Positions 58,838-64,000 of a DNA stretch of 64,000 bases are shown piece by piece. The DNA lies in assembly GCA_963813075.1 (NCBI GenBank), contig CAWEXU010000013.1, positions 1 to 64,000 on the forward strand, given 5' to 3'. The position numbers and the translations under genes were made by a program. Origin of the DNA: Methanotrichaceae archaeon. GTDB taxonomy: Archaea > Halobacteriota > Methanosarcinia > Methanotrichales > Methanotrichaceae. How positions within the stretch are numbered: the first letter of the stretch is position 1; each line of letters begins with the position of its first letter. The notes below the pieces were generated by a model. It did no database searches and had not been told where the DNA came from. It worked only from the letters and a program-made list of their open reading frames with translations.

Positions 58838-60283
58838 ATGGCGGCAAAAGAGAAGCTGTTTGGCGGCCATCCGGGGATGTACGACGTCTTCCCGAGGAAG
58901 GGTGGGTCTGCCCCTACCGCCACTCATTACTGTCCGGGCTGCGGGCATGGCATTCTGCATAAGCTGATCGGCGAGGCCATGGCCGACCTGGGAATTCAGG
59001 ACCGGTGCGTTGTGATAAGTCCCGTGGGCTGCGCTGTGTTCGCCTACTACTATCTGGATTCGGGACATGTGCAGGCCGCTCACGGCCGGGCTCCGGCCAT
59101 AGCCACGGGCATATCCCGGGCAGAGGACGATGCCATAGTCATCTCCTATCAGGGAGACGGAGATCTGGCCTCCATCGGCCTTAATGAGACCATCCAGGCG
59201 GCCAACCGGGGGGAGAAGCTGGCGGTTTTCTTCGTCAACAATACCGTTTATGGGATGACCGGCGGCCAGATGGCGCCCACCACCCTGATCGGCGAGGTCA
59301 CTCTCACCACCCCCCAGGGCCGAGACCCCCGGGATCAGGGCTATCCGATACACATCTGCGAGATCCTGGATACCCTCAGCGCTCCGGTCTTCATCGAGAG
59401 GGCCAGCCTCTCGGATATCGAGCATATTCGCAAGGCCAGGAGGGCGGTAAGACGGGCGCTGGAGATCCAGCGGGACAAGAAGGGCTATGCTTTTGTGGAG
59501 CTTCTCAGCCCCTGTCCCACCATCCTGAGGATGGATGCCCGGGGATGCGCCCGGTTCATCAACGAACAGATGGAAAAGGAGTTTCCCCTGAAGAGGTTCC
59601 GGGACAGGTCGGCTGAGGCGGAGCCCATCATCCGGGCGAAGAGCGACTATACTCTGCAGTCCCTGGAGAGGATCTTCGGCTGCGAGGACAATATCTGCGT
59701 TCAGTTCGAGAGGGACACGGAGTTCGTGCCCAAAGGGGTTAAGATCGCCGGGTTCGGCGGGCAGGGGGTGCTCAGCATGGGGCTGGCCCTGGCCCAGGCG
59801 GCCTTTGGCTGCGGTCGGTTCGTCTCCTGGTATCCGGATTACGGGCCCGAGCAGAGAGGGGGGACGTCCAACTGTTCGGTGATCATCTCCGGAGTGCCCA
59901 TCGGCTCGCCGGTGGTGGACCATCCCGATGTGCTGGTGGCCTTCAACCGCCCATCCCTGGAGAAGTTCGCCCCCACGGTCAAGAAGGGTGGGGTGATTCT
60001 GTACGACTCACTGGCCGGCCAGTTCCAGGCTCCGGAGGGGGTTAAGGCCATATCCGTGCCTGCGACGGAGATCGCTGCCGACAAGGGAGCCAGTATGGCT
60101 GCCAATACCGCCATGTTCGGGGCCCTGATGCAGGCCGGAAACCTGGGGCTGCCCAGGGATGCTTACGGGAACGCCTTCCGGGTTACCTTCGCCAAGAAGC
60201 CCAAGCTCATCCCCAAGAACCTGGAGATCTTGGAGGCGGGAGCGCAGGCGGTCAAGGTGCTGGAGATGGCGGCGAGAAAGTAG
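58838..60283 (+). CDS. vorA: 2-oxoisovalerate:ferredoxin oxidoreductase subunit VorA (beta-gamma fusion)
   Basis: [17 protein letters not shown] motif, [14 protein letters not shown]. Confidence 0.88.
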   Translation: MAAKEKLFGGHPGMYDVFPRKGGSAPTATHYCPGCGHGILHKLIGEAMADLGIQDRCVVISPVGCAVFAYYYLDSGHVQAAHGRAPAIATGISRAEDDAIVISYQGDGDLASIGLNETIQAANRGEKLAVFFVNNTVYGMTGGQMAPTTLIGEVTLTTPQGRDPRDQGYPIHICEILDTLSAPVFIERASLSDIEHIRKARRAVRRALEIQRDKKGYAFVELLSPCPTILRMDARGCARFINEQMEKEFPLKRFRDRSAEAEPIIRAKSDYTLQSLERIFGCEDNICVQFERDTEFVPKGVKIAGFGGQGVLSMGLALAQAAFGCGRFVSWYPDYGPEQRGGTSNCSVIISGVPIGSPVVDHPDVLVAFNRPSLEKFAPTVKKGGVILYDSLAGQFQAPEGVKAISVPATEIAADKGASMAANTAMFGALMQAGNLGLPRDAYGNAFRVTFAKKPKLIPKNLEILEAGAQAVKVLEMAARK

Positions 60284-60425
60284 GGCGGATTTGGGCAAGG
60301 TCGAAGAGATCCACTTAATGGGCTGGTGGATTCTCATTCTCTTTTTTTTGATGGGCAAAAGCCTCTTTCATGATCGTCATATTAATCTCAAAAGAGGTTA
60401 ATGTCATACCAAAGGTGTCATCTCT

Positions 60426-60680
60426 ATGTCTGAGCTGGAAGAAGTAATCAAAGAGCTGCCTTGTGATCTCCATCAAGAGGTTGTAGATTTCGCAAGGTTC
60501 CTGATGGAGAAACGAGGCTCAAAGCGGAAAGGTCGGATGAAGCTGGAGTGGAGGGGTGCTTTGGAGGATATGAAAGAAAAGTACACATCAGTAGAGCTCC
60601 AGCACAAGATCCTGGAGTGGAGAGGTGGATTGATGTACCTGCTGGATACCGGAATATTCTACTGGAACTGCTACTTAGAG
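60426..60680 (+). pseudogene. DUF2281-type antitoxin followed by truncated PIN toxin start
   Basis: EVVDFARFL..KLEWRGAL..YTSVELQHK, then TGATG overlap into MYLLDTGIF. Confidence 0.65.
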
Positions 60681-60895
60681 TTACTCAATAGGTCCTATCG
60701 AGGAGGTCGAAGCCGTTCGGATATTTCAAGTCAAATTGCTAAAGATTTTAGTAATTTATTGAACAATGCATTAGGCAGGCCTTGCCACGCGGCATCTGCT
60801 TACCTTAAAGTCTTCCAGCATATTGCTATTCGCTAAATCTTAAATAGCTATACTTGGTATTATTGATTGAAGTACTTCGAAAAAGGATAACAAAT

Positions 60896-61936
60896 ATGCG
60901 TCCAGTCAAAAGCCTCCGGGATTTGAAAGAGTTACTTCAGGCAGGTTTCGAAAGCAATGAAGAATCTCTTGAAGCATTCGGTAAAACCTACTCAACTCAG
61001 CTTAAAGCCTATCTAATAGAGAGCAATAGGCCGAATCCCGGATATTTTAATATCCCACTGAGTTCATGGAAAAATATCGAATCAGTCGGTTGGTATGCAA
61101 GCCAGGATTCCGAATACTCGAATGCTCTCTTCATGGACTGTACGAGAGATCGCGTTTGGATTCTCTATAGTTTGCTGGATGCGTCAGAATCAGACTCGAT
61201 TGTTGAAAAATGGGTCAAAAGCAATGATGGTCTGGATAGCTGCTGGCTGTCGAGAGGACACCTCTTGCACTGGGAAAGGTTGAATGGATGGAGTCGCAGA
61301 GGGATTGGAATCCGTTTCTCCGATGGATTATCTCCAGAAGAGTGCGCGGGGAATTTCAGCCTAAAGGCCTGGCATGGTGCAAACCGTTACGTTGAAGGGC
61401 TCAATGAGATTCTTGATATAGCACAAGATAGATTTGCCATCCACAGTGCAAGATTCCAGAAGAGATCTGGTGGATCTATATCTATATCCGCCGAGTGGTA
61501 CAGTAATGGAAAGATTACCGTTAATCGTGCCACTGATGTGGATGAAGTGCTTATATCAATCGCAGAAATGGCTAATCGCTACGAGGATTCTCTACAAGAA
61601 GCAACCTATTTGCGAGATAAGAGCTTGGCTGCCTTTGAGATAGATTTCAGTCAATGCATTTCCCTTGATGAATTCTCAAGCACTGTCACAAAAGGGCAAG
61701 GCGATATGAATCTCTGGCTGGTCGAAGTTGAAGCAGAGCCAGATTTTCGTCGATTTAAAGGAATTGATCTTCATACGTGGGACAGAGTTCTACTTGACGT
61801 GGGGCCGGATTTTGTCTATCTGACCATACCCGGTAGCGGTTGCGTCAATGGTGCGCCCAGGCTGGCTGTCGTTCAAGGAGAAGATAACTCCGGAAAAGCT
61901 ACCATTTATCATGACGGGGTGGAGGTATTTGCCTGA
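60896..61936 (+). CDS. Hypothetical protein
   Basis: Intact ORF of ~346 aa, lower GC than flanks. Confidence 0.75.
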   Translation: MRPVKSLRDLKELLQAGFESNEESLEAFGKTYSTQLKAYLIESNRPNPGYFNIPLSSWKNIESVGWYASQDSEYSNALFMDCTRDRVWILYSLLDASESDSIVEKWVKSNDGLDSCWLSRGHLLHWERLNGWSRRGIGIRFSDGLSPEECAGNFSLKAWHGANRYVEGLNEILDIAQDRFAIHSARFQKRSGGSISISAEWYSNGKITVNRATDVDEVLISIAEMANRYEDSLQEATYLRDKSLAAFEIDFSQCISLDEFSSTVTKGQGDMNLWLVEVEAEPDFRRFKGIDLHTWDRVLLDVGPDFVYLTIPGSGCVNGAPRLAVVQGEDNSGKATIYHDGVEVFA

Positions 61937-62775
61937 ATTACGACGATCGAATCGTTCTATGGCGAAATACCATTCAGCTTTTCCACCAACATAATAGGCC
62001 CAGATTTATAGGTCCTTTCAAAGCCGCAAATATGAGCTACCTGATAGAACCTCGATTTTTGACCAAGAAAGGTGAAGATCGAACTCCTGATATTGTAGCA
62101 AGCGGGAAGGACGACTGGTTGGTTTTGGAGATTACTACTCAACCTGGTTCTAAAGAGCCAAATCTCCGATCTTATCTATCGATAGATCCCAGGTATCTAA
62201 CCCAGCATGGTCTCATTGCCCATGATGGGCAGCCTGATGTTATGAGTAGTAGATTGTCCTTTGTGGATGACGGGCCTTATTGTCAGTTGATCGTAAAGGA
62301 TCATCTTGATGTAATTAAACCGGAGCATATCTATAATCAATCACTTAGGGACGCGCTGATAAATTCTCAAGGAAAAAATCTTACAAGGCTTCCTGGCATA
62401 GCCATTACCTTGCTTCCTGAGATGAGGTCCCTGGAGATCCGCAGAGGTCTCATAGATATCGTTATGCATCTTTTTAAGCCTGGTTCTGAAGGAAAAAGCC
62501 TAATCGATATCGTGGATGTGGGCTTGGAAAGGCTGTCCTTGACGGTGAGTGTTCCTGCAAAGTCCAGGCTAAAGGACAACGTTAACAGAGAGATGAATGG
62601 ATTGATCAAAGGCGCTCTGAATGGATTCCTGATTTATGATAAGGAACTTAACGTCTATAAATCAACGGATAAGTTTAAGCCTCATCCGAAGACGATGGAA
62701 CGAATCTCTTTGGCATTGAAGGAGTGGGCTGGAATTGGCCCACAAAGCACCCTCGATAAATGGCTCATTGAATAA
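61933..62775 (+). CDS. Hypothetical protein, possible PD-(D/E)XK-like
   Basis: Frame is open back to CTG 61933, overlapping the upstream stop, with GGAGGT SD; RTPDIVAS..LVLEIT. Confidence 0.65.
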   Translation: MNYDDRIVLWRNTIQLFHQHNRPRFIGPFKAANMSYLIEPRFLTKKGEDRTPDIVASGKDDWLVLEITTQPGSKEPNLRSYLSIDPRYLTQHGLIAHDGQPDVMSSRLSFVDDGPYCQLIVKDHLDVIKPEHIYNQSLRDALINSQGKNLTRLPGIAITLLPEMRSLEIRRGLIDIVMHLFKPGSEGKSLIDIVDVGLERLSLTVSVPAKSRLKDNVNREMNGLIKGALNGFLIYDKELNVYKSTDKFKPHPKTMERISLALKEWAGIGPQSTLDKWLIE

Positions 62776-62830
62776 ATATGCTCACATCAAGCGGTTCTCC
62801 TCTATCAATCATGCCCAATCCGCGGGTCTT

Positions 62831-63889
62831 TTACAGCTTCAGCGGCAGGAAGAAGAATGCCAGGCCCAGTATGCCATAGACCGCCAGGAGCATGGCTCCT
62901 TCCAGCCAGTTGGACTCCCATCCAGTGAGACGAGGGCAGAGATCATGGAGGCGGCGGTGAGGGCGATCAGCTCCAGCTGATTGAACTGCAGGGTCATCGG
63001 GCTGCCTAGAAGCAGTGAGGCAAATACCAGCACCGGGGTAACAAAGAGGGCGATCTGCAGGCTGGAGCCGAGAGCAATGGAAAGCGACAGGTCCATCTTG
63101 TTCTCCATAGCCGCCTGGACGGAGACCAGGTGCTCGGCCACATTTCCGATGATGGGAACGATTATAATGCCTACGAAAAACGGCGTCAGGCCCAGGGTAT
63201 CGGTGACCGCCTCCACCGACGATACCAGCAATTCGCTCATCAGGGCGATGCCGGCCATGGCCAGGCCCATGATGACCAGAGATTTGCCCGAGCTCCAGGC
63301 ATGCACCGGCAGAGCCTCTCTGACCGTTACCGCATCGCACCTTCTCTCGAGTGCAGCTTCTCAGGGTATAGATCACAAAGAGAATGTACAGGATGAGCAT
63401 GGTGGCGGCGGTGGTCAGGCTAAGCTCTTCCACCCTCACAGAGTCTGCGATGTATAGGCTGAACAGAGATGGGACGGTCATGGCGATCAGCGCCAGGATG
63501 GTCATGGTGGCATCGATATCCACATCACGGCGGTCGAACATCTGTCTGCCGTTCTTGAGGCCGCCGAAGAGCATGGCAAAGCCCAGCACCAGGAGGAGAT
63601 TTCCCAGAATCGAGCCGGTGAGTGAGGCCAAGACCAGCTGGATCTGGCCGGCACGGATGGCAGAAAGGGTGATTATCAGCTCGGCGGCATTCCCGAAGGT
63701 GGCATTGAGAAGTCCTCCTATGCGCGGGCCGGACTTGTCGGCCAAAACCTCGGTCGCCTCGCCCAGCAGCTTTGCCAGGGGGATTATGGCCAGGGCTGAG
63801 GTGGCAAAGATGGCAATTCCGCTTATCCCGGCCAGATGAGCCAGCAGGGCGACCGGCAAGAAGATGAGGAGCAGTAGCAGTCCGCGCAT
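62831..63889 (-). CDS. cax: Calcium/proton exchanger (frameshifted)
   Basis: GGLLNATFGNAAEL, GSILGNLLL, GNVAEH, GSSLQIALF. Confidence 0.9.
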   Translation of the reverse strand: MRGLLLLLIFLPVALLAHLAGISGIAIFATSALAIIPLAKLLGEATEVLADKSGPRIGGLLNATFGNAAELIITLSAIRAGQIQLVLASLTGSILGNLLLVLGFAMLFGGLKNGRQMFDRRDVDIDATMTILALIAMTVPSLFSLYIADSVRVEELSLTTAATMLILYILFVIYTLRSCTREKVRCGNGQRGSAGACLELGQISGHHGPGHGRHRPDERIAGIVGGGGHRYPGPDAVFRRHYNRSHHRKCGRAPGLRPGGYGEQDGPVAFHCSRLQPADRPLCYPGAGICLTASRQPDDPAVQSAGADRPHRRLHDLCPRLTGWESNWLEGAMLLAVYGILGLAFFFLPLKL

Positions 63890-64000
63890 TGGATGGCCTC
63901 TATATTGTGGCTAGGATTTCAGCGTTCACTCTTGAGAGATCACAATATCCTGGGACTTACTTGCGTCCATCCTCATTGGAATATCCAGATTGGCTTTGAC

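Noticed and set aside
57806..59923. 705-aa antisense ORF (likewise 26341-27720)
   Set aside because: Antisense to vorBA and rnj, with no recognisable motifs

Overview
Archaeal, Methanothrix-like segment (inferred from gene order and protein style). Many 1-bp indels hit even essential genes, so most frameshifts are probably long-read errors. (i) 1-14.75 kb: a giant minus-strand C25 (gingipain-like) peptidase gene with >=13 tandem 948-bp repeats, compositionally distinct and ending at an abrupt, possibly chimeric junction. (ii) 17-29 kb: the conserved rpl18e-rpl13-rps9-rpoN-tRNA-Pro-rpoK-rps2-MEMO1-mvk-ipk-fni-rnj-GGPPS cluster. (iii) 29-44 kb: a hybrid CRISPR locus with a type I-G-like cas1 (truncated, split by a tnpB IS200/IS605 element), cas2, a 17-repeat array, type III-A csm genes, Csx1, Csx15, Cas6, a half-length Csb2 and a Cam1-like TM-CARF gene. 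(iv) 43-48.5 kb: a cassette-like zone where four solitary degenerate CRISPR repeats bracket whole genes (the TM-CARF gene and an AbrB/PIN toxin-antitoxin pair), interleaved with a ~250-bp structured repeat family; this is the most novel-looking feature. (v) 48.5-64 kb: mutM, an acyl-CoA synthetase-VorC fusion with vorBA, a two-gene island of unknown function and cax.
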